Source of the DNA: Botryllus schlosseri
Lineage: Eukaryota
Assembly: GCA_051294905.1 (NCBI GenBank)
Contig: CM119372.1
Location: 5,582,001-5,646,000 of the forward strand
Direction: 5' to 3'
DNA length: 64,000 nucleotides
The position numbers were made by a program, and so were the translations under genes. Below the pieces are notes generated by a model. It saw nothing but the letters and a program-made list of their open reading frames with translations, searched no databases and was not told where the DNA came from. Every line of letters starts with the position of its first letter. The stretch's first letter is position 1. Positions 26,048 through 39,354 of the stretch are shown here, in pieces.

Positions 26048-27934
26048 AGGTCATTTGCTCCACGGCTTTAATTTAATTAATTTCATTTCATCAGGCCTTT
26101 GTAATGTTTCGCACGAATTCCATGCGCTCATACTTTGGGCTCGGCCCTTCACTCCGGGCTTTGGAAACACTGCTACGGCAGTTAAGTCAGCGATGAGGCG
26201 ACCAGAGAAACCTCTGAAACAAAGAAACTTGGTAGAGCCGAGACTCGAACCAACAACTATTCGAGTCGTGGTGATGTCGCTCTGCAGACTGCGCTACTCG
26301 CTTCTCCGAACAGTCCCTTATGAGAGATAACCGACCCCAATAGTTTTACAATACTAATAATAATATATTCTAATTTTATTTTCAGTTGTTATAATAATTC
26401 CGGTCATAATGGTGGCGCTACTGGTGGCATTGGTGGTTTTCTTATATTTCCGGTAATGTAGAGATTTGCTGCCGCTATATATGTAATGATGTGTATGACG
26501 AGACTTTTATTTTACAGACGCCGCTCACTCAGTGAAGAGGTAACAGGAAGTGCGACCGAAAAGTAAAAACAAATTCTTGAGTTCTGGTTTCAGTATAGAT
26601 GATCATAGTCTTTCCCAGATGTGGCCGTAGCAGTTACCATTATTACTAACAAAATAATTAAAAATAAATTTAGTGGAATGTTACTACTCTATAATTGCTT
26701 AGTTCATCCACATTCGGTATGCTTGATCGGACTTCTTTACATAAATATAGTGATTTAGCGCTGTCTGTCACTGAAATGATAGCTAATTGAAAATAGCAAC
26801 GATATCGAGTACATGAGTTATGGAATGTGAGCCATTCGTACGTATCAATTCAAATATCTTTCAACTACAGTTATACCCACAGTTTGCCCACTGCCCATGG
26901 GTACCCTATACCAGGAAGGAACGCACTAATATGTTTCCTTAAAATGTCAGATTCCACATACGTATCTAGATAGAGACTCTACACTACAGTTTACACATGA
27001 CAATTGAAGAACGACAACATTAGGGATTTGGAGATAGTGCCGTGGGCATGAAACATTCCATATACTTTACTTTGCAGGAACATCGTGCTCTATGACACTG
27101 TTGCACTGGAATCTACAACAGGTCAATGCAATGATAGCTATAGTCTGCCGCGTAAATCCGAACATCCCGTCGCGCCATATGAGTAACTATATACCAGACC
27201 AGGACAAATTGGAAACGAAAATCTTTGTTTAAATCTTAACAGATTCATTGACGATGCGATCGCGAAGTCTGGAGAATATCACACTTTGAAATTGGACACA
27301 GTTCCCATACCGTCTGACGGGGACGGATTATATAACAAGTAATCCATGTTCCGTTTCTCCTCTAGAATTGAATATTTAGGAAAATATTATAATAACGACG
27401 TAATGTTACCTGCATATTTGGAATACATTTGTTTTTGTGAACGAAGGTTAAACGAAGTAACTGGAAAACCATGGACCGCAAACACAAACGAAAATACAGC
27501 TAATAAAGACGACCCATATGCTGAGTAATTGAAGATGTTTTTATGAAGGGTAACCACAATGTTCGCAAGTACGGAATGCTTACGTATTTCAGGATTAAAG
27601 AGCCGACTGTCGCATCCCGAGAAGACAACAAGGATTCTACTGCCGATGATGACGATGACTGCACACGGTTAGCGATTGAAAAAATTCGATAGTTACTCAA
27701 CTTATAACGGAAGTAGCCTACACATTTTAGGTCTGAGGAGAAATCCAATGTAACTGGGGATCCTGTAGAATCGGAAACCGATGGACGATCGAATGATTAC
27801 TTCGAGTAACCTGACACTTCTCTTTACACGTGAACTCAAATAAGTCCTTTTGCTTTACATTCAGAATCAACCTGCCTAATACGGAGGATTTGTACGCGCG
27901 ACCAAACAAGCCGCAGAAGTCGACTAGTCAATAA
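21968..27934 (+). CDS. Receptor copy A (5'-partial, spliced): Ser/Thr-rich stalk, single TM helix and tyrosine-motif cytoplasmic tail of an IgSF-type receptor
   Basis: AG/GT-bounded exons keep one frame: 21968-22045 (DISKSTTVDLYTTDPLETFTALSTPA), 25070-25111 (DADETLGTSEATNI), 26386-26452 (TM VVIIIPVIMVALLVALVVFLYFR), 26518-26562 (RRSLSEEVTGSATEK), 27078-27182 (NIVLYDTVALESTTGQCNDSYSLPRKSEHPVAPYE), 27243-27338 (FIDDAIAKSGEYHTLKLDTVPIPSDGDGLYNK), 27447-27524 (LNEVTGKPWTANTNENTANKDDPYAE), 27593-27667 (IKEPTVASREDNKDSTADDDDDCTR), 27731-27805 (SEEKSNVTGDPVESETDGRSNDYFE), 27865-27934 (INLPNTEDLYARPNKPQKSTSQ*). Stalk, TM and first tail exons are paralogous to copy B. The Ig assignment comes from that paralogy. 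Confidence 0.85.
22246..23170 (+). mobile_element. hAT-like MITE, GAGTCAAGTC family
   Basis: TIR CAGTGTTGGGAT...ATCCCAACACTG with CTCGAGTCAAGT subterminal repeats. No TSD is visible in this copy. Confidence 0.85.
26004..26041. repeat. (CA)19 microsatellite
   Basis: Perfect CA run in the intron before the TM exon of copy A. Confidence 0.95.
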
Positions 27935-29294
27935 CGAGTCACCCGAACTTGTCCGAACAGAGGAAGTCAGTTGACAATTGTGAACTGGAATATTTATGAA
28001 GCGCGTATACATCAAGATTTATTTGAGTTTATTTGATAGGAATGAGGGAACTATACGACAGTCGTTTTCAGATAGATTAAATTGCAATCTCTAGATAGAT
28101 TTTGGTTCGTTTGAGGGCGGACTTTAATATACCCTTCGCTATGAGCGCGAACCTGTTAATATTAATTTGAAAGACTACTTTTTTGTAAGGATGCAACTGT
28201 GAACGTGTACAATACTTAAGGATCAACGTACAGTAGTTATCAAAAGCGCAATATTACCACATTGTCATTGTGCCGTTCCACAATATTATGGTGTCACAAT
28301 GACTTCATCCGAAATCCGGATTGTAACATTTCAATTAATTTAATTAATCAATTAACTTCCCTGAATACATTTTATACTGTAGAAATAGAAGTGTATACAT
28401 ATATGTGTATATTTAGTAAGGTTGACATATGTTCCATTCTTGAACTAGCTTTTTGAAATTTGCCAGAATCCGGATTTATTTTTTCGAAATGACACCATTT
28501 TTTATCGTCTGGAAAAGTCCTTTTCTACGACGCAAGATTGATCTCAGTTTATGTAAAGAGTTCCGGGTGCGAATCCGGACGGAGTCGGCTCGAAAATTCC
28601 TCCCCAAGTGTTGGAGGTTTATCTAGGGTCCTACTCGCCAGCTGATCGGCGTAAGTGGTGTCTTAACATGGCTAGAACTGGGCCGTGATACAAGTCGGTA
28701 AAATACGGAATCATAATCGAGAATATCGACATGGTGTAAAATTACCAATGTAGTCGAAACACCATGAATATCAAACAACAACATTTAAATTTACTTTTTT
28801 ACCACCGTGAAATAACGAGTAAATTGAAATTCGAGGAACTTCGATCGCGGATGTAGAGATCACGGAAATTTCTTTCAACCTACCTATGGGTTCTCAGGTT
28901 AGAATCTAACAATGTCCGTTTGCAAACAAGAACTTCTGATTCATCGACAATTGGACATCTTGGTTTTCGGTCAACATAAGGGCAGTGCTTTACGACCAAG
29001 GTTTTCTCGCTGTCGAACTTATTTTCCCCTTACTTAGTCAATTTGATCAGCAGTTGCATTTGCAGTGCCTTCTCGGTGTCCCGTGTTGGCCTAAACTTCA
29101 TATGTATTGGTGCGTCGTGGCGCGGTAATAGCTGACACCGAAATGCTCAATTCTATAAATCGTTGCTTTCTAAATTTGAAAGAAGTTGCATAAATTTTCA
29201 AAGAGATACTATATAATTTATGTTCATTCACGATATAATTTCGGGCCACCTTCGGGCTCTGCCCCTCTAATTGGGGGTTTGGAGAGCTGCAGTT

Positions 29295-32231
29295 CAGTGT
29301 TGGGATCAAGTCACTACCTTCGCGTCACGAGTCATTTCGAGTCATCGCACATTTTGACTCAAGTCAAGTCAAGTCAAGTCAATCGATTTTCGAAGGTGAC
29401 TCGAGTCAAGACAAGTCACTCGATTTTTGGAGGTGACTCGAGTCAAGTCGAGTCAAGTCAAGTCAAGTCACGAGTCAAGTCACAATTCAAGTCAAGTTGC
29501 CTTTTCGAAGTATGAGGCATGATTACATCATTGCATTTTGCTAGCTGTCTGAAATACAGACTGCGTGGTCATTGATTCTGAACCGATGAACGAATATGGA
29601 GTTGAATATACAAGCAAGAAGACGATATATCGCTCTCATATATACATAGAAATGCTAAACCACGGAAGTAATTACATAGCCTCAATTTAGTTTCCAGCCA
29701 ATATAGAGACTATAGAGAAACGAATTCATAAGATGCAATACATTACCAATTTACGAATTGATCAGTGGCGGCTCGTGACAATATCGGGTGGTGGGGCAAG
29801 GGCTGCAAGCGACTTTTTATCAAGATGACGTCACAATCGCGTTTTCCAACGTAAACAAGTAACTTAATGATGGTACGGTAACATGAATTTCCCGGCAACA
29901 GTGATTTTAACGTATATGTGCCACGAGACTCGAGAGGTCCGCCGGTGAGCTGTGACTTGAAGTATGGGAACTGCGTAAACGGCGTACGGAAAAAAGATTC
30001 AACACGATTCATGTTCGCACTAGGCCTGACTAATTATCTGCAGAAATGGAAATGACTATAACTCGGGAGATAGCGTAAGTCTAATTGGAAAGGTCAACGA
30101 GTTCGGACAGATACGCAATTGTTATCTCATAGATTGGGCCTGTCATATTGAATCCAAAACATCATTCTGAAGAACTAAGAATAGCAGCCTCGGAAATTCG
30201 GTCTCGGTACAGCATAGAAGATTTTGGCCTTGAAACTGGAGACTGTAACACGACACATACGGCTTTATTACTGTCTATAGGTCTGCTGCGAAATCGCCTT
30301 TGGAATATATATATTACCGAATAAATACGTGGATGAAAGCCTTAAACTTAGTACACTGTTACATGACATCATCGAGAAGTGTCATCATGGCCCTTTTCGG
30401 TATGGCGCACTGTCAAAATTAATGCGAACAGACCAACACCGAATTTTGCGTAAAATTTACTGAGGAATAGGCTGATCAAGTGATCAGCTGTTAGCCGCCA
30501 TCGAAAACTAAATAGCTATCGCGCTTGAGGGGGTTGTAAGCAAATGGCTTGACGGCCACAATTTCACGGTGAAATTGACATTGGAGGATATAATATCAAA
30601 GTAAATATTTGAATGGAATCTGAGAATGATATCATCATCTCAGTTAACGTTACCGCAGATACAACGGCTTTTGCGTGATATCCGCAATGCGTTGAAGGCT
30701 AAAGTGTCAGATCAGATCGGAGCGCATCTCTACCATGCTCGACCTTGATAACGAAATTACTGCCCTAATCATTGAGTGTCAACCTTGAGACTTGGCATAG
30801 CGTTCGATATAAAAATCAAGACATACTGTTCAAAAGCTTATGACGGATCTGGGTAAGGAGCATCGTTAAAATCAATAGAGACCAATACCGGCTTTGCGTA
30901 TAATCTGTTAGCGATAAATGAGAGTCAGCTCTCACTCGAATTAGGAAACGAAATTACCACTAACACAGTTCAGTGACAAACTTTACACTTGGTACAGCGT
31001 TCGATACTAACGTTAAGACTTACCGTGCCAAATGTCATAACCGATCTCAGTATTGAACATCGTCAAAATCAATGGATTGGATACCAATACCAGCTTTTGA
31101 GTAAAATCTGTTTGCGATACATGAAGGATCAGCACACACTCAACTTCGGAAACGGAATTACTACCCTAAACTTTAAGTAAAAACCCTGAAACTTGGGGCA
31201 GTGTTAAATACCACCATCACGACATGACATACCAAGTTTCAAGAGTTTTCATGGTGTGAAACACCATCAAAATCGACCTATACCACCAAAGGTCGACTAA
31301 ACGCATATGACGGTAACCGAGTTCAGCTATAGATACGATTGTTACATCACACCTTAAGGGCACAGAGCTAATTTGCCCCGGTTGCTCGGTCATTTTATGA
31401 ATAGGAGAGAGTAAATTACCGTTTCTTTATTGTGCGCGGCTTTGAGAGAATAGACAGTGAAAGCTTGTTATGAGCGCTACCGGGGCATGCCCCGGCTAGG
31501 CATTCGCAAAGCAAAAACACAGAAGAGAATTCGATTTTCGTAGAGACTTCGCTATATATGGGCATTTACAAGCGAAAGGACAAGAAGAATACGATTTTCG
31601 CTGTGGTTTCGGTATATATAGATTGGTGTGCGTCTATAAATGGTAAAGAATTGTTATTGAAGAGAATTTTAGGTGGGGCAATGCCCCAGTTGCCCTATAG
31701 GACGAGCCGCCACTGGAATTGATATGATACTATTCGAGTCTGCGCCAATGGTTGATGGCTATATTAACTATATTCGAATTCAATTTCAACGAAACAAGAG
31801 GCTTAGCTAAGGTATAAGAACAGAGAACAGAATTATACATTTTGCTATAACTACTATACTAGTTTACGAGAGCGTAAGCTGTATGCTTTGATCACTTCAT
31901 TTGTGGTCAATTTATTTGTGAGAGAACAATGAAGTTTCAGTAAAACGCACGATCATTGAATGAATGGTCGCTTTGACAGGTTACACCAGCGTTTCGCGAA
32001 CAATCCGACCACGTGCAAGATAGAGTGATTTTATTGACATCGATTGCTTGATGACTTGAAATTGACTCGTGAATTTAGCTCCGAGTCACGAGTCAATCCG
32101 CTTTTCTTGTACGCCGAGTCAAGTCAAGTCAAGTCATTTAAGCAAAGTGACTCGAGTAAAGTCAAGTCATACGAAAAAGGTGACTCGAGTCAGACTCGAG
32201 TCAAGTCATGACTCGAGTCATCCCAACACTG
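29295..32231 (+). mobile_element. hAT-like MITE, GAGTCAAGTC family, carrying a nested insertion
   Basis: Same TIRs; TSD CTGCAGTT. Confidence 0.9.
29763..31715. mobile_element. hAT-like element nested in 29295-32231
   Basis: TIR CAGTGGCGGCTCGT...ACGAGCCGCCACTG, TSD GAATTGAT. Internal degenerate ~200-bp tandem repeats at about 30640-31290. Confidence 0.9.
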
Positions 32232-33214
32232 CTGCAGTTACGGATCTGGGTATGCTATAAAGATTATTGTCTTGGTCGCTGGTTTCCGAGCAGAGTGCGG
32301 CTTGGCGAAATGGCCTTGTTGTTGAGCCAAGCTTGCAGCTCTTCCGAAATATGACGTCCCTTGATCAAGTGTATGTTCTCGTGTTTTTGTCATAGAACCG
32401 ACTTAAATTATACTCCTTAATCACGGCGACCTGCTCGGAACTAACTACTAAAAAGACGGGTTGCCCCTGACTGCCCCTCCGAATCTTCTTTGAATTTCAA
32501 CTTAAGGCTTTCTTTTTCGACATCCTTTATGGGTAATGATGACTCATAGGAATAACGGGCACTGATCGACTTGTTCCACGAATTAGGGATTTGAAAACGA
32601 ATCACGTAGCAATTTGAAACACAGACCGTGAATTGCGTAATGTCACAATGGCAACAAAAAATGGTTTGGTGACTTCTTGTGACTTTAATTGTAACGGCAG
32701 AATTTGCTACATTTACTTTATTTTGAATCTGGATTACGCACGTGAGGTACGTATAGGCTGCGTAATGGCGGCATGTTAATGAACATGCTTGATAGTAAAC
32801 GAATTTGCGGTAGGCGTAAGTTATTAATACATCCTATGGTTTAATCCAGGCAGCAACATTAAAAAATAGGTTTAATATTTTGAATAGCAAGCAGCCTTTC
32901 GCGGGCCACACAGAATAGCTGCGAGGGCCGCATTTGGCCCGCGGGCCGCCCTTTGCCCAGGCCTGCTCTACGCAGTTGTATGAAACATGATTTACTACAA
33001 ATAAGGTATTCATTCAGGGAGCCTGATGTAACTGAAGACATCTCCTACGTAATACATTGAATGAGATAATCCAACTTACTCAGTGGATCCCAAAATTTTT
33101 GAGACACCCTTGCTTCGTGCGATAGTGAAAATTTTCATGACCCCTCCTCGTAATATAAATATAAATAAAAAGAGCAACTGCAGATTGTTTCCAATACAAA
33201 AGCATAGTTTGCTA

Positions 33215-35304
33215 CAGGGCTGTGGAGTCGGTAAATTTTACCACCGACTCCGGCTCCGACTCCGACTCCACACATTTTCAATATACCGACTCCGACTCCG
33301 ACTCCGACTCCTGAGTCTTTAAACGTACCGACTCCGACTCCGACTCCGACTCCTGGGTCTTTAAACGTACCGACTCCGACTCCCGACTCCGACTCCGACT
33401 CCAGCATTATTACCAATTTACCTCGAAAATTATATGCCACATTGTCGGTTGAATGACTATCATACAACCATTAAACATATGCAAACCTATGATTAACTGT
33501 GGCATGCTGAATTGTTTCATTGTGGCACAGCTCGAATTATCCACTATGCAATTAACATGAAATAAAGATTTGCTAAATATCCTTCCTTATTCAAGTTTTT
33601 ATAACATGGACTCTCTAACATCCCGAAATGTATGAATCATTCAAATATGGCAGATATCCAATCCTGTATAATAAAAATGTAGATAAAAAATCCAAGTGTA
33701 GCTCTTGTGTATGACTCAGCAACTAATAAAGAAATTGAACTTACTAATTTTGTCATTACACACTATCCTGATTACAAGCACAAACACTCTTACTACTAGT
33801 AATAGACATTGGTCATAAATGGAATTTAGTTAAGTAGTCAAAGACCATAGCCTATGTCTAGTCTACATGTACTTAATCGAGTATTCAAGGATTGGGACTT
33901 GCAGTCTTTCTTAATCATTTGTTCGACCCAAACAGCTAAGCTACACTACAACTATTTTTAATTTTGTCAAATGGGAAGCATCGTTTGGTCATATTTACAT
34001 ATTTTTACAAATTTACAAAACCAGCCGATGCATTTTCTCTGTCACAGTATCATGGTATAATTCCAAAATTTGCATCAATTTTGACTGCATCGCGAAAACG
34101 CATCTTGCGATTTTCTTCCCCTCTGCAACTGAGTTGTAATTTGCAAGTAATGTCTTTTATCTATATCAGGGGTGGGCAACTTTTTCGGCGAAAGGGACAC
34201 CTGAGATTTACGAACCATTGCGCGGGCAACGGGAATGTTGATAACCTTTTTTAGTCGTCGATAGGAGCGAACCGAAATATGAAACATTGCAAACAAGACA
34301 TATATTACTACGCTCTAAAATTGATAACATTATGTCATCCAACTGTGCAGTGCGCAATCAGGCCCAGGTCGCGCGAAGCGCCAAATTTTTTTGGAAGATA
34401 ACGACTGAATTAGGCTATAGCTATATCAATAAATATGTCGCTAACATACATTGGGGGTCGCATCTGTATACCACTGGGCTCATTTGGCAAGGACAGGATT
34501 ATTCGACGTTAAGACATAGCAAAATCGACGGTATCAGTGAACATGCCTCTATCATTTTGTGCAAATGTTTTGTCGACGATCTCGCTGCGAGTGCACAAGC
34601 GAAGCCGTATCTCCTAATTGCGAATATAGTTAGACTCAATTCTGTGAAGAATATGTATTTATAATTTTCAAGAGGGGGCTCAAATACTGAATGCAAGAAT
34701 TCTAGTGACAATAAGTCATGCGAAGTACCGAGAAAAATTTCAAGTCAAATAAATCTGCTATGAAATATTCTACTTCATGGTCATATACGAAGATCTGGGA
34801 TAAATGTGGCTGACCGCTGGATACGTCAATGCCTCAGAACTGTTGTTTTAGTCATCATCAAATTTCGCGGTCATGCTAACCAAATTTTGGTTGGCCTTGC
34901 AATTGTACCTGATGTCATAAATAATTTCGAGAATTACCTCGCAGGCCACACCTAACCTTCTCGTCTGCCAAATTTGGCCTGCGTGCTACGGGCTGGCCGC
35001 ACCTGATCTGTATGGTTAATGATAACAGTGATTGGTGGTACATAAAAATTATATTGAAAATTCTTTGAAAGCAAATGTTTTCATGATAGAGAAGTTGGAG
35101 TCGGAGTCGGAGTCGAAATCATAGTCATTCTCACAAACTCCGACTCCGACTCCAGTCAGTATTTTCCCACCGACTCCGACTCCGACTCCGACTCCAGCTA
35201 TTATAGTTTTCACGACTCCAACTCCGACTCCGACTCCATCAAGCGAAAATTACCCCGACTCCGACTCCGACTCCACCGACTCCGACTCCGACTCCACAGC
35301 CCTG
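33215..35304. mobile_element. hAT-like element with (CCGACT)n subterminal arrays
   Basis: TIR CAGGGCTGTGGAGTCGG...CCGACTCCACAGCCCTG, TSD GTTTGCTA. Confidence 0.9.
34167..35005. mobile_element. hAT-like MITE nested in 33215-35304
   Basis: CAGGGGTGGGCAAC...GCTGGCCGCACCTG, TSD ATCTATAT/ATCTGTAT (7/8). Confidence 0.7.
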
Positions 35305-35880
35305 GTTTGCTAGCATGGAATGTTATGACTGTGGAGTGTGGGGTGTGGAGGTACTTCTCAAATATGAAACTAGGACTAAACACAGAGCAATATGGATTAG
35401 CTGGAGTTAAATCGCGCCAAGCGCTAAAAATTAATTAATTAATTAATTTATCATGTGCAACAGTAGCACGTAGCATATAGACATTTTAGCGATTTTGGTG
35501 TCTAATCTTTTCGATTACTCCACTTGAAGTTAGCACAAACTAAATTTAAGACCAATGTCGCGGGCCACACGCGATTCAATCTTAGCACTTCATCAGGGGA
35601 TAAAATTTTTTTCTCTACGTGTCGCAGGTGTTCGGCAAGAGAAAAATTTATTTAATTACCTTTGGGCTACCATTAAATGCATTTCTCAATGGTGGTATTG
35701 TACAAAATGTGTCCTAATTGACCGTACTCGGAGCATCTATACTTCGACGTTATAAGTCACTTCAATTTCAATCCCTTTTTCTCGGATTCAGAAGGCATAT
35801 TATGCATGTCAAATGACAGAGCTTATAAGAAAACATGTGTTATTTGCCCATAACATTGGTCTTTTCGTCGCACTCTTCAC

Positions 35881-37168
35881 CAGAGGTGGTCAAAGTAGTC
35901 AAGAAAGCTACTCAAGTAGAAGTAGAAGTAGTGACGAAAAATCTACTCAAGTACGAGTAGAAGTACTTCTTCCATGACCAACCTAAACTACTTGAAGTAG
36001 AAGTAGAAATGACTGACTTTAATGGTACTCAAGTAAGTAAGTAGTTGTGAAAACGATCCTAATTCGTTCACATGGATTATAAAAAGGTGCAAATTGAGCT
36101 ATGCCAAAAGGTGACGAGCTTGATTCATATTGATGCAGACCAGCAGGTATCCAATTTTCGATAGCATAAGCATTCGTCCACATCATGGGATGAAAATGAT
36201 AGTATTGATATGGAAATCCGATACTAATCCTCTGTTTACACAAACAGCACGTTTAAGAAAATATCATGGTATTGCGCACTCCCCCATATTATAAGGCCTG
36301 TAGTTTAGACGAAGAGCAATACGGAGATGTTGTGTTGGATGCGGTGTAAACACTTTGTGTGATTAGTAAACGTTAATAAAAAAATATGGTGGACTGTAAA
36401 ATGCTATATTGTGTAGCTCTATTTCTGGAAATTGAAGGCATTACTACACTTCTTTTTATACTTCAAGATGTACGTTATCCAGACAAAAGAACTGATATTA
36501 ATTAGAAATCAAAATATATGGTACTGGGAATTGAAAGTGAAATCTAAATCTAAAAATGGAAAATGTATTTAATGTCTTTAGTCCAGAAAGTTTCGAAGGT
36601 TGGTATGCTAAAACAGCTCTAAAACTAAAAAAAGTCAGAGTCCACCTTTCCAGATTAGGACACGCCATGTACAGCTAGATTACGGTATGATAAGTAAATG
36701 CTAGATTGCGAAACATAAGTTTCAAACGGTATGATAAGCCATATATATACTGTGATTAAATATTTGATTTGGCGAAGGGCGACAATGCGGTGCGAACGGA
36801 ACCACGCCAACCCGCTACCTAAATTATATTCACCGATACTTTCGTGAAATCATACTGGATACCCTGCAGTCACTGCGCGCTAAGCGCGACGAAAATTCTG
36901 GGCTTAACTCAACTTTTATGAAAATTAAATGTCGATACTCCCCGAAAACAGACCCGAAATTCCTCAGCCTATCTTACTAATTGGAGAATTCAACTACTTC
37001 TACTTGACAAACTGAAAATAGCGAAAAGTAAGTAAGTAGATAACAAAATATTACGAAGTAGAAGTATTAGCAGCGAAAATCAGATCTACTTGAGTAAGTA
37101 CCAGAAGTAGAGGAAAACTATTTGAGTACTTCGAAAAAGTAGAAGTACTTCGTTACTGACCACCTCTG
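35881..37168 (+). mobile_element. hAT-like element with AGTAGAAGT subterminal repeats, copy 1
   Basis: TIR CAGAGGTGGTCA...TGACCACCTCTG, TSD CTCTTCAC. Confidence 0.9.
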
Positions 37169-38105
37169 CTCTTCACTGATCCTTGACAGACAGACCACAA
37201 ATACATTAGCTGAAAGCTACACTCATTCACGAGTTATTCTTAATTCAGAGAGATATTCTGGTCGGTGCAAAGTTCGGTATCCGTCAAAATGTAACATCGT
37301 TGAATAGATAGATAGTAGACACCATTATGGCATTAAAAATCGTAATATATTTATAATTATTTTCGTTGTTGGAATTTGGAAATTTCACCACAAATTTAAC
37401 TCATTCGAGTTCAAGAAATATCATATTTCCCGGGCGGCTTCGCGACCCTCTCAGATGCTTTCACGCCCCTCAGTTTGAGAAACACTGAATGCCAAACTAG
37501 TTGGAAAACGTTACCGTGATATGTGTGGTTTAATCTCAGCAAGTCTGACACCAGCTATTTCTCCCTACCTGTAACACGCCCACCTATAATACCCGCGCAC
37601 CTGGGTAATTTCCGGAGGAACCCAATGTCCGGCAAATATTTTGTATAATACACATAACGCATATTTTTCATGTTCAAGATATATTGCCGTAACAAACATT
37701 CTGAGCGTGTAACTTATTTGCCCCCGTGTACAACATAGAAGCGCGCTGAGAATGCACACAATATAGACTAACCTTATTTGAATCAGATTCAAAGGATACC
37801 AACGTATAGGCTATGCACAAACATAACATCAATAAATGAATGCGCGTTAGCAATTTAGACAATGGACAAACATACGTAATTAAGCGACACAGAGAAAAAG
37901 GAGGCCAAATAAACGCCCGATTCTTCGAAAAGTGGTAATGCGGAGTCTAGAACCGACGATACAGTGCCAATATCCTCGTGTGCTCTGCTTTCGTATTTAT
38001 TCTTTGTATTCCGTGATCTGCCAGACTCATGTCTTTGCCCCCTTCTTATCTAACGGTGTTTCGAGATCTATGGTCAATGGTTATACTATACACAGTACAC
38101 ACTAC

Positions 38106-39354
38106 CAGAAGTGGTCAAAGTAGACTCAAAGACAAAGACTACTCAAGTAGAAGTAGAAGTAGCGACGAAACAAAATCTACTCAAGTACGAGTATAAGTAC
38201 TTCTTTCCTAGGCAACCTAAAACTACTTGAAGTAGAAGTAGAATTGACTTACTTTAAATCTACTCAAGTATGTAAGTAGTTGTGTAAACGATCGTAATTC
38301 GTTCCCATGGACTGTCAAAAGCTGCAAATGGTGTTATGCGGAAGGGGTAGAGAGCATGATTCAAATTGATGCATCCCAGGAGGTGTCGAATTTTGACAGA
38401 ATAAGCTGTCGTCCACATCATGGGACGTAAATGATATAATTGATATATAAATGCGATACTAATCCTTTGTTTACTCGAACACCCCGTTTTAGAAAATATC
38501 ATGGCATGGCGCCCTCCCCCATATTATAAGGCCCCTAGTTCAGTCGAAGAGCAATACGGAGAAGATGTGTCGGGTACGGCTTCAACACTTTGCGCGATTA
38601 GTAGACGTTAATTAAAGATATGGCAGATCGTAAAGATGCCATGGTGTATAGCTTTATTTTCGGAAAATATAAGGCATTACTACACTTGCTTTTACACTTT
38701 AACATGTATGTTCTCCAGAGAAAAGAACTGAAACTATAATTAGAACTCAACGTATAATACCCGTAATGGAAAGAAAAATACAAATACTACTTCTAAAAGC
38801 GGAAAATATATTTCATGTCTTTTGTCCGGAAAGTTTTAACGGTGGTATTCTAAAACAGGTCAAAGTAAAAGTCCAATTTTCCAGATTAGGACACGTCATG
38901 GACTACTAGGTATAATAGGTAATTGCTCTATTACGAAACGGTAGTTTCAAACGTTATGAAATATTTGATATAGGCGACAATGCGGTGTGAAAGGAACCAC
39001 GCAACCCGGTATCTAAATTATATTCAGCGATACTTTCGTTAAACATTTTTGTTACTCCATATCTACTGTGCACGAAGCGCAACGAAAATTCTGGGTATTA
39101 CATGAATTTAATGAAAATTAAATGTTGGTACTACGTGAACACAGCCCCGAAATTCCTTGGGCTATCTTTCTAATTGGGAGATCAAACTAATTCTACTTGA
39201 CAAACTCAAAATAGCGAAAAGTAAGTAAGTAGTTCACAAAATATTACGAAGTAGAAGTAGCGACAAAAAGATCTACTTGAGCAATTACCGGAAGTAGTGG
39301 AAACTACTTGAGTACTTTGAAAAAGTAGAAGTACTTCGTTACTGACCACTTCTG
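38106..39354 (+). mobile_element. hAT-like element with AGTAGAAGT repeats, copy 2
   Basis: TIR CAGAAGTGGTCA...TGACCACTTCTG, colinear with 35881-37168. No clean TSD. Confidence 0.85.

Noticed and set aside
26518..26539. Alternative donor gag|gtaaca in the first tail exon
   Set aside because: It would put the next exon in phase 0 and hit TGA after five codons. The donor after 26562 keeps the whole tail open. It remains a possible tail-less minor isoform.
26871..26900. Possible 30-nt in-frame tail exon (YTHSLPTAHG)
   Set aside because: Weak donor gtaccc, and the paralogous stretch near 63939-63964 is 26 nt, so the frame is not conserved.
29186..29515. Recurrent SSQVKSSQV ORFs (also near 12311, 22217, 32069 and 62889)
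   Set aside because: Translations of the GAGTCAAGTC MITE family, not a gene family.
33135..33467. ORFs with GVGVGV or RLRLRL repeats
   Set aside because: Translation of the (CCGACT)n subterminal array of a hAT element.
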